From NCBI RefSeq assembly GCF_018398935.1, contig NZ_CP074694.1, forward strand, positions 1,208,846 to 1,272,845: a stretch of 64,000 nt of DNA. Direction: 5' to 3'. Below, one piece after another: positions 49,806 to 59,572 of the stretch; the first letter of the stretch is position 1, and each line of letters begins with the position of its first letter. The translations under genes were made by a program, and so were the position numbers. The notes below the pieces were generated by a model. It did not search any database and was not told the origin of the DNA. It was given only the letters and a program-made list of their open reading frames with translations. The stretch comes from Telmatocola sphagniphila. GTDB lineage: Bacteria; Planctomycetota; Planctomycetia; Gemmatales; Gemmataceae.

Positions 49806-51344
49806 ATGATTCGGTCACTCAAAGCGATCTTCCGCTCTACAACTGTACGATTAATTTCCGCCTGGCTTCTGGCGATCACTTTTATTCTTATCCGTCAGAT
49901 CAATTGTCGTTTGTCATTCGATGACGACAAGAGTTGGTTCTGGGATCGCGTGAGGCCCTATGTTCCTGAAGTTTGGCCCTTCCCACTACCCACGGGAAAA
50001 CCCAAATTCACCGACCCCGAGCAAACACCCCGCCGCGATAATAACGATGCTCATAAACAGATCGACTTCGGTGGCCAGTGGGTGTTAGCGAGAATGCTGA
50101 CCACCGGGCATGGAAATTCGCTGTATAATCCCTTAATCCAGCGCGAAATCATCAGCGCGGCCTACCCGATCAGTAATGAAAGCCCCACTCAGAAGACGCG
50201 GGATTCCGACGATCTCTACGATTCCTTCGTAGCTCTCCAGGCGGGAGATCCGCCTCATGAAATTCGCGGTCCGCTTTATCCTCCTTTACTCGCTTTCTTT
50301 CTGGCCCCTTACGCAATTGATAACGATCCACAGAGAGCCTATTTTGTTCATCAGTACTTTCTGATGGGATGTACGATATTTGGAGCTTTGGGCATTTCTC
50401 TGATCACGCGTCGACGCATCTGGTGGCCCGTCGCGATCTGCCTGATTCTCGTTTTTCCCGGGTCGCGCGCCTGTTTTGAACTGGGCCAGAATGCTTTAGT
50501 GACGCTGCTGATTCTCATTTGGGGCTGGGTATTTCTTACTCGCGATAAGCCGGTAATCGCGGGAATAATCTGGGGCTTATTGGCTTACAAGCCGGTCTGG
50601 GCAATGTCCTATTTCTTTGCATTAATTCTGTTGCGTCATTACCGGATGGCTCTGGTGATGGTGATAACTGGGATAGTCCTGGGTTTGGCAACACTTCCTG
50701 TCGTTGGAGTACAGAGCTGGCTGGATTGGTTGAAAATTGGGGGACGAGCGTCCGAGATGTACGGTATCGATGCGGCGTGGATCCCACTTAGCCGGGATCT
50801 GTTCGGCCTGCCGCGCCGATTTTTGACTCCTTTTCATTTGCCGCAGGAGGAAAGATGGACACTGGCTGGCTTCCTGGCAGGTTGGGGGCTATGGGTGTTT
50901 GTCTTTCAGGTTTCGCTGCAACTGTATTACTGGAGGAGTGCATCCGCATTGCGAGTGCCGTTCATTTTGCTAGCCTCCTGGATGCTGACTTATCATTTCG
51001 TCTATTACGATGCGGCTATTGCAGCCTTCCCTTTTTTGCTGCTGATCGATGCTCAAAGAATGGTGGGAAAGAGCGGTCCCACCATGACCAGTGGTGTGCG
51101 ACCGCTCTATTTCTACTTCGGATTACTATTTGCCTTCGAAAATGTGCTTTATCCCTTGCGCATCCGAAGCACTGTCGTCGCAGAACGTTTTGCGGAACTC
51201 ATACCGATTCCGGGAGGATCTGCAGAATATTATCCCCGCCTGATCATTACCACCGATGAATGGACTGCCTGGCCGACGATCTTTCTGCTCGCCGTCTGGT
51301 TATGGTGCGCCCGTGAAATGATTCGTTTTGGGAAGCCCCAGTAG
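49806..51344 (+). CDS. Polytopic membrane protein, probable GT87 / DUF2029-type glycosyltransferase
   Basis: 512 aa with more than 10 TM helices. Conserved-looking loops (QNALVTLLILIWGWVFLTRDKPVIAGIIWGLLAYKPVWAM) resemble the DUF2029 / GT87 family. Confidence 0.5.
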   Translation: MIRSLKAIFRSTTVRLISAWLLAITFILIRQINCRLSFDDDKSWFWDRVRPYVPEVWPFPLPTGKPKFTDPEQTPRRDNNDAHKQIDFGGQWVLARMLTTGHGNSLYNPLIQREIISAAYPISNESPTQKTRDSDDLYDSFVALQAGDPPHEIRGPLYPPLLAFFLAPYAIDNDPQRAYFVHQYFLMGCTIFGALGISLITRRRIWWPVAICLILVFPGSRACFELGQNALVTLLILIWGWVFLTRDKPVIAGIIWGLLAYKPVWAMSYFFALILLRHYRMALVMVITGIVLGLATLPVVGVQSWLDWLKIGGRASEMYGIDAAWIPLSRDLFGLPRRFLTPFHLPQEERWTLAGFLAGWGLWVFVFQVSLQLYYWRSASALRVPFILLASWMLTYHFVYYDAAIAAFPFLLLIDAQRMVGKSGPTMTSGVRPLYFYFGLLFAFENVLYPLRIRSTVVAERFAELIPIPGGSAEYYPRLIITTDEWTAWPTIFLLAVWLWCAREMIRFGKPQ

Positions 51345-52109
51345 TTGGTCCAGAGCTTCTCCGATATCGGGTGAACGCATGAGAGATTCTCCAACCAAGA
51401 CGGCTTTCGCTCCCGCATTCTCCAGAAGTCGCAAGTCGGCAGAGGTGCGGATACCGCTCTCACTGACTACCAGTCGATCGTGAGGGATCTTCGGAATCAA
51501 ACTCAACGTCGTCTCCAGGCGAGTTTCAAAACTTCGAAGATCTCGGTTATTGATGCCGATGAGCGGGCAACCGGTATCCACTACGCGATTCAGCTGGTCC
51601 ACGTCGTGAAATTCGATGAGAGTATCCAATCCTTGTTGAGTCGCGAAGTCGTACAAATCTTTCATTTGCGAGCCCGGAAGACATTCGGCGATCAGGAGCA
51701 CCGCATCCGCCCCTGCAAATCGAGCTTCAAGAATCTGATAAGTATCGATGATGAATTCTTTTCTCAAAAGTGGAATTTTGACTTCCTTCCGGATCGCTTT
51801 CAGGTAGTCCAAGTCCCCTTGAAAGTACTCCTTATCCGTGAGGACGCTAATGCAATCGGCCCGATGCCGAGCGTAAATTTTCGCAATCTGGACAGGATCG
51901 AAATCTGCTCGAATCACTCCGGCCGAAGGGGAAGCTTTCTTAACTTCCGCGATTATCCGAATACCCGGCTCGCTGAGCGCCTTCAGGAACGATTTCGATC
52001 GGATTGGAGGTACGAGGTGGTCTTCCAGTACTTTCTGCGGCAGCAGAGACTTGGCTCTTTCAATTTCAATTCGCTTCGTCTGAACGATCTGGTCGAGGAT
52101 CGTACCCAT
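51300..52109 (-). CDS. trpC: Indole-3-glycerol phosphate synthase
   Basis: IIAEVKKASPSAGVIRADFD and LIGINNRDLRSFE are canonical. 269 aa. Confidence 0.9.
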   Translation of the reverse strand: MGTILDQIVQTKRIEIERAKSLLPQKVLEDHLVPPIRSKSFLKALSEPGIRIIAEVKKASPSAGVIRADFDPVQIAKIYARHRADCISVLTDKEYFQGDLDYLKAIRKEVKIPLLRKEFIIDTYQILEARFAGADAVLLIAECLPGSQMKDLYDFATQQGLDTLIEFHDVDQLNRVVDTGCPLIGINNRDLRSFETRLETTLSLIPKIPHDRLVVSESGIRTSADLRLLENAGAKAVLVGESLMRSPDIGEALDQLLGLPKTNHFTGAP

Positions 52110-52238
52110 ATTTGCACGTAGCCCAGTCCAAGGGATTCTCGTATTTTTTCAGAGCAGAGTATTTTAGAGAATGTTACCGAATTTCACGGGATTGAAATCC
52201 AGATCGCCGGTCTACCAGAGGCTCAAGGAGACAAAAAT

Positions 52239-53291
52239 TTGATTTTGTTCAGCGCGGCGCCTCCCGACGATGTGGCCGATATCAGTTCGTCCTGGTCTAG
52301 TATGCTCGCGCTGATGGTCTGTTACCTGATCGTGCTCCTGCTGGCTGCAATTCCACTCATCTGGCGAGCAGTATTTCGACACGGACCGATACCAACTCAA
52401 TCCGACATTCATCTAGTTCAACAAAGAATGCTGCCTGGCGGCGTAATTACACTGCTGGCGATGGCTTTGATTCTTATCCCGATATTAACTGCTCAATTGG
52501 TGGGGGGATTCCAAAAAAATCCCTCCACAGGGGATCCCGCCGAGATTTCTAATCGAGAGACTTTGGCGATGCTTGTGGCGTTTCCCTTGCAGTTTTTCTG
52601 CCTGGCTGCGTTTCAGATGTTTTTCAGCATCTGGAGCGCTCAGGCCGTGGGAATGACTCGTGGTTCTTATCAGCGCGCTTTCTGGATCTGGTTAGTGGTC
52701 ACACCCGTGGTTTTTATAATATTTCAAATTACATTAAGCTTTTTTTCGGATGCGGATGTTCACCCGATTGCGAAAAAACTTTCTCAACTGGACGTTCTGG
52801 GGAAGATTGTCCTCTCCCTGCAACCGGTGCTTTTCGCTCCACTGATGGAGGAGTGGTTCTTTCGGGGAATTCTTTTGAAATGGCAGCTGCAGCAGGATAG
52901 TTCAAACTCAAACGCAGAAACCATACCTTATGCGGTGGAGATAATCTTTCTGATTGCTTTCGTATTTGGGGCTCTCTGTGATCAGAAGGCCGGAATGGTG
53001 GGGATGATTGCCGGTGTTTATATCGTAATGCAACTCCTGAGTCGCTCCAGCTGGTTTGTTCGAAAGTGCAAACTTTTGAATTCCGGATGGGTGAAGATCA
53101 TCTTCGCGAATTCGATTCTCTTCGCGGCCATTCATGCGACGGTGTGGCCAACGCCGATTCCGCTCTTCTTCTTATCTCTCGCTCTGGGTTGGGCGGCACT
53201 TCGTTGCCAGGGTTTCTGGGTCGCGTTTCTGATCCATGCCCTGTTTAATTCGGTTTCTACCGTGATGCTCTTTTTTTCTAAGCTTTATTGA
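52239..53291 (+). CDS. CPBP-family intramembrane metalloprotease (CAAX protease-like)
   Basis: Multi-TM protein with EEWFFRGILL (motif 1 EExxxR) and FAAIHA (FxxxH) motifs. Confidence 0.7.
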   Translation: MILFSAAPPDDVADISSSWSSMLALMVCYLIVLLLAAIPLIWRAVFRHGPIPTQSDIHLVQQRMLPGGVITLLAMALILIPILTAQLVGGFQKNPSTGDPAEISNRETLAMLVAFPLQFFCLAAFQMFFSIWSAQAVGMTRGSYQRAFWIWLVVTPVVFIIFQITLSFFSDADVHPIAKKLSQLDVLGKIVLSLQPVLFAPLMEEWFFRGILLKWQLQQDSSNSNAETIPYAVEIIFLIAFVFGALCDQKAGMVGMIAGVYIVMQLLSRSSWFVRKCKLLNSGWVKIIFANSILFAAIHATVWPTPIPLFFLSLALGWAALRCQGFWVAFLIHALFNSVSTVMLFFSKLY

Positions 53292-54763
53292 GCCAGCCAC
53301 TTCGACATCAGGAATTGGTAGGTATTTGACCAGTTCTCCAGATAATCCTCAACCGGTTCGAGTTCAGAGTGAGATAAGATAGGTCGAGGCGTACCTAGTG
53401 TCAGATTCTCGTCGATCAGTTCGTTATTAGCGAGTTCAACTCTGTAACTCAAGAGGAGAATATCGCAGTTGATTTCTTTCCGCAGATTCAGGATTTTTTC
53501 GTTGAGAAGATTTGGAGCTACCTCCTCAAGCTGAACGGCCCCTCGCTGAATTCCATCCCGCTGCAAAATTTGGAGCAGCTCTCTTTCGGGCTGGAGTTCC
53601 AGGGGTTCTTCAGAGCGAAGAAAAAGCAGGTGAAAGTGCAGGGCATCCTGGGCCAATCTCTCAGTCAGTTTCTGGAGGATTGCATCCACAAGGGCCAGCG
53701 CGAGGATCAACCTCTGAACGGGAGCGCCGTCATCTTTCAAGCGGGCATTTTTCAAATCTTCCGCAAATACAAAGATGAACTTCCGCCTTTGGCGCAGAAA
53801 AATGTTCTCATCCCGGGAATAGTAAAACAGTTCCTCGCGAAGGAATTTCAAATCGAAGGTGTCGGGCTTTTCGGATCGATCGGGGGACATGTAAGCCAGC
53901 TGAGAATGCAACAGGCTTTCAAATGTTCCCTTATTGGAGATGGAACTATAGCCGCCGATGGGATACTGGTCTTCATTACGAATATTGGACGACACTCGTC
54001 GAGTTCGCGTTGCCAGGGGAGGCGATTTTATTTCCATTTGCTGAAAAAAGAGGCTGTTCTCGACAATCTGGCGATGGGCCAGATACTTGGCCAGAGGCAT
54101 GAGAGCCGTCTTTTGTTCCAGTGCCTGCAAATCGGCCGAGTTCAAGAAGGAATCGCAGCTTCGGAAGATCTCCAAGGTTTTATCAAAGAGGAGCTTCGAA
54201 ACGTCCGATGGCTCTCCGGGCAGTTGCTCCGGCTCTCCAATTTCGGGGAGAGCAACTTCGTATTGATCGAGTAAACCGCGAATGATCCCGGCAGAGATAT
54301 TGACTGCAGGCAGATTTAATCTCTCCTGAATGCGGTGCAGCAGGAAGGCCGCGGCGGCCGGTATTTTGTCCTCCGGTTGCCCGAAAATCGCTTCGGATGC
54401 CCGCTCCAGCAGAGGATCCATCAGAAATTTTCCGATAATCCGATCTTCATAGATACGGATCCGGGCTGAAGGTTGAGGCTGTCCGCGCTTGGACAGAAAC
54501 GCTTGGCTGTCATTATTTTGGAGTAGCTGGAAGAAATCGAAAATCAGGCTGGGTAGGGGGACTGGGCGATTCTCGCAAACTAGTTCGTAAATAACTTTGA
54601 TGCCCTCAAGAAAAGCAGTTTTTGAGTCACGGCTGATGCAAATTTGGAAGTTCTCCAGGATCAAATTGGCAACTTCTGAGGTGTCGCGAAATGCCTGATC
54701 TAATCGATTTTCCCTAATTTCCATCTTTCCCGTTATTTCCCGTACAATCGTTACGCTCAGCAA
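53285..54763 (-). CDS. Hypothetical protein (492 aa)
   Basis: Long soluble ORF convergent with the CPBP gene. Charged and Leu-rich. No family recognised. Confidence 0.5.
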   Translation of the reverse strand: MLSVTIVREITGKMEIRENRLDQAFRDTSEVANLILENFQICISRDSKTAFLEGIKVIYELVCENRPVPLPSLIFDFFQLLQNNDSQAFLSKRGQPQPSARIRIYEDRIIGKFLMDPLLERASEAIFGQPEDKIPAAAAFLLHRIQERLNLPAVNISAGIIRGLLDQYEVALPEIGEPEQLPGEPSDVSKLLFDKTLEIFRSCDSFLNSADLQALEQKTALMPLAKYLAHRQIVENSLFFQQMEIKSPPLATRTRRVSSNIRNEDQYPIGGYSSISNKGTFESLLHSQLAYMSPDRSEKPDTFDLKFLREELFYYSRDENIFLRQRRKFIFVFAEDLKNARLKDDGAPVQRLILALALVDAILQKLTERLAQDALHFHLLFLRSEEPLELQPERELLQILQRDGIQRGAVQLEEVAPNLLNEKILNLRKEINCDILLLSYRVELANNELIDENLTLGTPRPILSHSELEPVEDYLENWSNTYQFLMSKWLAQ

Positions 54764-54885
54764 GAACCGAATAGGCGTTAAATCTTCTCAAGTTTGGTAA
54801 TTATACGTCCGATAACCTCTCTGGGTGCGATTACCGGCGTAGAGGCGGAAAGTCCCTGCAATGGTGAACGGGGGAGATTGCAGCT

Positions 54886-55758
54886 ATGAAATTTTACTTG
54901 AGCATAGTGGGCCTGGGGTTGCTGAGCATTGGTTCGATAAAGGCTCAAACTCCTGCAACGATACCGAATGCTTTGCCGACAGATGGAACTATTACCCAGC
55001 CTCTAGCGACTCAGCCTCCCGCTACGCAGCCGCTTGTACCGCCACCGGCGAGTTCGCCTGCCTTGTCGATTTCCAAACCATCCTCAGTCGAGAATTGGCA
55101 AGGGAACCTGGAAAATCATCCGGCTTATACCGATCCTTTCAATCGCACGTTAATCGGAACGGAACTCTACTTCCGTGCGGGCCCCAGCTTTATTCTGGGC
55201 GGCGGCATTCTGCGTTCCCAATTGAATACTACCGGAGCTTCAGTTGAAGGGGGCGGGCGATCGCTGTTCTTCAATTCCGATGGATCTTCAGCGTGGGTCG
55301 TCGATCTCGGTTTGAGCTATAGCTATAACCGCGGTCAACTAAACCCCAATAATGTGATTACTGTGATCGGAGATACCGGCTACATTCGAGCTTTGGACCG
55401 AACCGCTGCTCAAATAGCCCTCGGCAAAGAATGGTATCCCGTCGGTAGTGCCGATGTGACTGCACACAAGTCTTCCTTCTGGAAATATGGAGTTGATGCA
55501 GGACTGCGTTGGGGCACCGGTCATATCGACTACACCAGTGTTCCGATGATTGCCACACCACTCATCCGTCACCAGGATGTGTTTGGGGGCACTTTTATCG
55601 GAGCCAACGCGGATCTGGAAGTACCTCTGGGCGGAACTTGGAGTTATCTGTTCGGATTCCGAGTGGAAGTGGGTTACACATTTAGCAGTCTGGTACCAGG
55701 CTACAACAGCAGCCTGTACGATATCGGATTACTCTTTGAAACTGGCCTACGGTTCTAA
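54886..55758 (+). CDS. Putative outer-membrane beta-barrel protein
   Basis: Signal peptide MKFYLSIVGLGLLSIGSIKAQ. A Pro/Thr-rich linker, Gly/aromatic-rich alternating strands, and a C-terminus ending ...GLRF (terminal Phe, typical of OMPs). Confidence 0.5.
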   Translation: MKFYLSIVGLGLLSIGSIKAQTPATIPNALPTDGTITQPLATQPPATQPLVPPPASSPALSISKPSSVENWQGNLENHPAYTDPFNRTLIGTELYFRAGPSFILGGGILRSQLNTTGASVEGGGRSLFFNSDGSSAWVVDLGLSYSYNRGQLNPNNVITVIGDTGYIRALDRTAAQIALGKEWYPVGSADVTAHKSSFWKYGVDAGLRWGTGHIDYTSVPMIATPLIRHQDVFGGTFIGANADLEVPLGGTWSYLFGFRVEVGYTFSSLVPGYNSSLYDIGLLFETGLRF

Positions 55759-55797
55759 ATTCGTAACGCGAAGCGGCTGAATTTGGACGCGTTCATT

Positions 55798-56961
55798 TCA
55801 AGCCGCGTTCTTGATGATGGTCTCGGGAATACGATTCTCCCGTAAAGTGCCAATAATGCAATTTGCCGCTCGATCGCAGGCCCCTGATTGAGCTATTTCT
55901 GATTTTAAAGCCGCCAATTGAGTGGTGACCGAGTTTTCCGATGAGGGTTTAGTCAGCCAATCGGTAACGATACTGCTGATTTCAATGGCTGCGTTGTGAT
56001 CGGTAAGAAATTCCGGGAAGATTTCCTTTCGAGCCAGCAGATTCACCAGAGTGATATACTTCACCTTCATGAAAGCTTTGCCGACTCGGAGGGCGATGCG
56101 ACTGAGCCTGTAAACGACCACGGCCGGCTTGAGATGATACATGACTTCGAGGCTGACGGAACCGGAAACCATTATGCAGCATTCAGCGGATTCGATGATT
56201 TCGGAGGTTCTACCAACCTGAACGTCGATAGGCAGGTCGCGTCCGATAATTTTCTTTCGCGCGACCTCGGCTTGGGTATCGTTGTAGGAAGCAACCAAAA
56301 ATCTCGTATTGGGCACTTCGCGATAAACGCGACAGGCCGCATCCAAGATATCAGAGAAGTTGCGAGTGACTTCCTGCGTGCGTGATCCCGGCAGGATCGC
56401 AACAATGCGACCCGGTCGCTCCTTCTGTCGAGAAAGGAAATCCTGATCCAGAATTTTCTGCTCGAGGTTGTCGTAGAAAGGGTGACCGATAAATTCACTG
56501 CGAACGCCATTTTGCAAGTACCACTCGTGTTCGAACGGCAGGGCACTCAAAACGCAGTCGACACTATCTTTCATTTTCTGCACACGCCAGGCTCCCCAGG
56601 CCCACAACTGCGGAGGGACGAAGTAGAAGACGGGAATACCCTCTCGTTTGGCTCGGTACGCTAGGTGCCAGTGAAAGCCGGGGAAGTCGATCAGGATGAC
56701 CGCATCCGGCTTTTCGCGTTGGAAGAATTCGGTCGCTTGACTGCGAAGTCTCAAAAAAGTGATGATGTTCAGGAAGACCCGTAGGAACCACATCACCGAT
56801 AGATTGCACAATGGGTAGAGAAGGTGGCAGCCGACGGAACGCATTTGGTCTCCGCCGAAGCCTGAGAATCGGGCTGTGGGATCTTTTTGCCGAAGTGCTT
56901 TGATGAGATTGTGGCCATGAATATCGCCACTCGGTTCGCCCGCGCTCACAAAGTAATGCAT
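55798..56961 (-). CDS. lpxB: Lipid-A-disaccharide synthase
   Basis: MHYFVSAGEPSGDIHGHNLIKAL is the canonical LpxB N-terminus. 387 aa. Confidence 0.85.
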   Translation of the reverse strand: MHYFVSAGEPSGDIHGHNLIKALRQKDPTARFSGFGGDQMRSVGCHLLYPLCNLSVMWFLRVFLNIITFLRLRSQATEFFQREKPDAVILIDFPGFHWHLAYRAKREGIPVFYFVPPQLWAWGAWRVQKMKDSVDCVLSALPFEHEWYLQNGVRSEFIGHPFYDNLEQKILDQDFLSRQKERPGRIVAILPGSRTQEVTRNFSDILDAACRVYREVPNTRFLVASYNDTQAEVARKKIIGRDLPIDVQVGRTSEIIESAECCIMVSGSVSLEVMYHLKPAVVVYRLSRIALRVGKAFMKVKYITLVNLLARKEIFPEFLTDHNAAIEISSIVTDWLTKPSSENSVTTQLAALKSEIAQSGACDRAANCIIGTLRENRIPETIIKNAA

Positions 56962-57061
56962 AGAACAACCATCCTGGTTATCGGGAAAAATCGATCCATC
57001 GATTATAGCAATACGCTTCCACGTACTGCTATCCGAATCTTAGACTGAAGACATAAGAGAA

Positions 57062-57406
57062 TTAGAGAGCTTTGTTGATCGGTTCCCGGCGGCCAGTCGG
57101 AAGATCGGTCTCTTCAGCAACCCGTCGGTATCCCAGAGAATAAAGCACTTCGAGCACTTCGCTCCAGGTGGGGAAAGGACGGCGATTTTCGCGCTTGTAG
57201 CGTTCCATCGCCTTCATGAAAACTGTTTCTTCGTCAGTGTAGTCGCGTTCGCAAGTCGTCGGGTCGATCAGACGTCGGCGTTCGCTCGTGCGGCGTTTTT
57301 CCGCTGCATTGGCTGCCCTTCGTTTATCGACTGCCACAGGAATATTTCGCTTGCGACGATCAGACATACCAACGGTGGGATCAGCATCTTCGGAAATTCC
57401 GCTCAT
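57062..57406 (-). CDS. Small basic hypothetical protein upstream of lpxB. Start taken at MSGISED; the ORF track extends to 57430.
   Basis: Lys/Arg-rich N-terminus (DRRKRNIPVAVDKRRAANAAEKRRTSERRR) and a conserved-looking C-terminus (FMKAMERYKRENRRPFPTWSEVLEVLYSLGY). Confidence 0.4.
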   Translation of the reverse strand: MSGISEDADPTVGMSDRRKRNIPVAVDKRRAANAAEKRRTSERRRLIDPTTCERDYTDEETVFMKAMERYKRENRRPFPTWSEVLEVLYSLGYRRVAEETDLPTGRREPINKAL

Positions 57407-57772
57407 AATACACTCTCGATGAGGAACCAATGGAGGACCTGTTGATGATCGTAAGTGATGGGATCATCTTTATTTGTAATAATTACAGCGTAACCTGATT
57501 GCCATTCCAGTCAAGTTCAGACTGAGTTTCTTGAAGGAAAACAAGAAATTTCCCGAGACTCTTTACCGGTTAATGGGAACTTTTCAGGTTAGAGCGGAAA
57601 AATGGTTTTCACTCACCTTTCTGCACTACATCCTACGCTTCAATGACCTGTAGGAGAAACGGAGACGCACTTAAAAATCCGAATAATCCGAGTTTAAGAG
57701 ATAAAACCACTACGCCCGGGGTATTTTGACAAACGATAAAAGGCACTGAATCGGAAAGAATATACCCTCTAG

Positions 57773-58408
57773 ATGGCTATGCACGAATACCTGTCACTTA
57801 ATTTGATCAATGTTTTTACGTTCTACCTGTGGGCGGCATTTTTCCTCAGTATGTGCCGACGGCTAAGCCAGTACCGCGATTTCGCACAATTGGCCGTGAA
57901 CATGCCGAATCGCTGGCCTAAGGTACTTCGAAACATGCAAAAGCATGGCGTTCTTTTCATGACTTGGGCGACGATACGTCCGGCCGGCGTTGCCCTGGTT
58001 CTGATTTGTCTCCAGATGATTTGTTCCAAGGTGATTTGGCCCCGAGCAATAATTAATGGCCACGATCTGCTGAGCGAGTGGTGGGTGCTTCCGATTTTGG
58101 GGCTATGTGCGCTGCTGATGGTTTCTGTCGATGGTTATGGGATTTTTCGAGTTGGCAAGATTGATCGTAAAGAGACAGAGAAATATCTCGATGAAGCCGA
58201 GCATTGGCTCTCGTCCTGGAAAGCTCCGCTGATTCAGACTGTGACTTTTGGATACATCAATCCCCGGGTGATGGTCGACACGGAGGTCCGCAAGGCTATG
58301 GAGCAGGGCAATACGCTCCTGCAAAGCACATTCTGGTGGATGTCCTTGCAATCGGGAGTGCGCTTGCTCTTTGGCATCTGTCTTTGGACGTGCTGGGCCA
58401 TGCTGTAA
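57773..58408 (+). CDS. Hypothetical integral membrane protein
   Basis: 211 aa with 4-5 predicted TM helices. No family recognised. Confidence 0.45.
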   Translation: MAMHEYLSLNLINVFTFYLWAAFFLSMCRRLSQYRDFAQLAVNMPNRWPKVLRNMQKHGVLFMTWATIRPAGVALVLICLQMICSKVIWPRAIINGHDLLSEWWVLPILGLCALLMVSVDGYGIFRVGKIDRKETEKYLDEAEHWLSSWKAPLIQTVTFGYINPRVMVDTEVRKAMEQGNTLLQSTFWWMSLQSGVRLLFGICLWTCWAML

Positions 58409-58573
58409 TCGACAGGGTTTTTCATTGGAACGCCATGAAGATCCCATGTGACAATTTGGAAAATTACAAAACTGGGATATTCTCATAGGAACCGGTTGTG
58501 ACGAAACCTGTTCAGCCGATATTCTGATCGATGGTCGATAAACGAAGGATTTGATTCTTTTATTCTTCCTAGA

Positions 58574-59254
58574 GTGAGCTCTTTTTTGTCTCAGCAGCCG
58601 ACTACGGCCGTACAGGATTATCTGAAAGCGATTCACAGGCTTGGTGGAACGGACCAGCTGGTATCGCCGATAGATATCGCAAACTTATTGAAGGTTCGCT
58701 CCCCTTCCGTAACGGGTATGCTCAAGAGGCTCGCGGATTCCAAATGGATCGAGTATGCCCCGGGTAGTGGGGCTCGATTGACGGAAACGGGGCTCCAGGA
58801 GGCCTTAAGGGTCATTCGTCGGCACCGCCTAGTCGAGTTATTCCTTACAAAAGTCCTGGGCCTCGATTGGAGCGAAGTAGATCGCGAGGCGGAATTGTTG
58901 GAACATGTGATTTCTCCTCGCTTGGAAGAAGCGTTAGCCCGTTATCTCGGAGAACCGGACGAGGATCCGCACGGTCACCCGATTCCGACCTCCTCGGGTC
59001 AGATTCGAAATCGGGAACTTCGACGTTTATGCGACTTCCAAAAAGGCGAGAATGTGATTGTCAGGGAAGTTCAGGATGATAATCCGGATCGGCTCAGAAG
59101 ATGGCAAGAATTAGGGCTTATTCCGGGCGCCAAAGTTCACATTCAGAGTCATGAGCCCTTGGACGATCTTTTTGAGCTGGCTGTCGGCGGTCGGATTATT
59201 CGCGTAGGGAGCGAAGGGTTATCGGGCCTGCGTGGAGAATTTCTGGCCGAGTAG
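58574..59254 (+). CDS. DtxR / MntR-family metal-dependent transcriptional regulator with a C-terminal SH3 / FeoA-like domain
   Basis: VQDYLKAIHRL...SPIDIANLLKVRSPSVTGMLKRLADSKWIEY winged HTH, metal-binding and dimerisation region (RHRLVELFL...EAELLEHVISP), and a C-terminal FeoA-like domain. Confidence 0.85.
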   Translation: MSSFLSQQPTTAVQDYLKAIHRLGGTDQLVSPIDIANLLKVRSPSVTGMLKRLADSKWIEYAPGSGARLTETGLQEALRVIRRHRLVELFLTKVLGLDWSEVDREAELLEHVISPRLEEALARYLGEPDEDPHGHPIPTSSGQIRNRELRRLCDFQKGENVIVREVQDDNPDRLRRWQELGLIPGAKVHIQSHEPLDDLFELAVGGRIIRVGSEGLSGLRGEFLAE

Positions 59255-59408
59255 AAACTCGGGAAAAAATGCCCCTTTTCTTTGAATTTTCTCGCTTTCA
59301 ATTCGCACGAATCAAATCTAGGTTTCGTTCGTAAGGACGAAAAGTCAGGCCGTCGAGGTGTCGGATAGCTTTTCGTCTCCCTAAGGCTCTAGTGACGGAG
59401 GGTTGCGT

Positions 59409-59558
59409 ATGCCCGAATTGATTCCTTGTTCCATGGCTAGTTTAGCCATCGCGTCGCTCTACTACACTTGGAGAGAGCGGATTCGTCCCAAATCTCTTCC
59501 TGCCACTCTACTTCGACAGCGAGTAGCCTACATGATGTGGGTGGCCGCTCGTCAATAA
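59409..59558 (+). CDS. Possible small ORF (49 aa), immediately followed by a terminator
   Basis: ATG...TAA reading MPELIPCSMASLAIASLYYTWRERIRPKSLPATLLRQRVAYMMWVAARQ. It is below the ORF-track size cutoff and is speculative. Confidence 0.15.
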   Translation: MPELIPCSMASLAIASLYYTWRERIRPKSLPATLLRQRVAYMMWVAARQ

Positions 59559-59572
59559 GTTTCTCTCTCCGG

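Noticed and set aside
54840-54885. GGAAAGTCC motif reminiscent of the RNase P RNA P4 region
   Set aside because: Only ~120 nt of non-coding sequence are available here and no other RNase P conserved regions are present. It is more likely part of the leader hairpin of the downstream gene.
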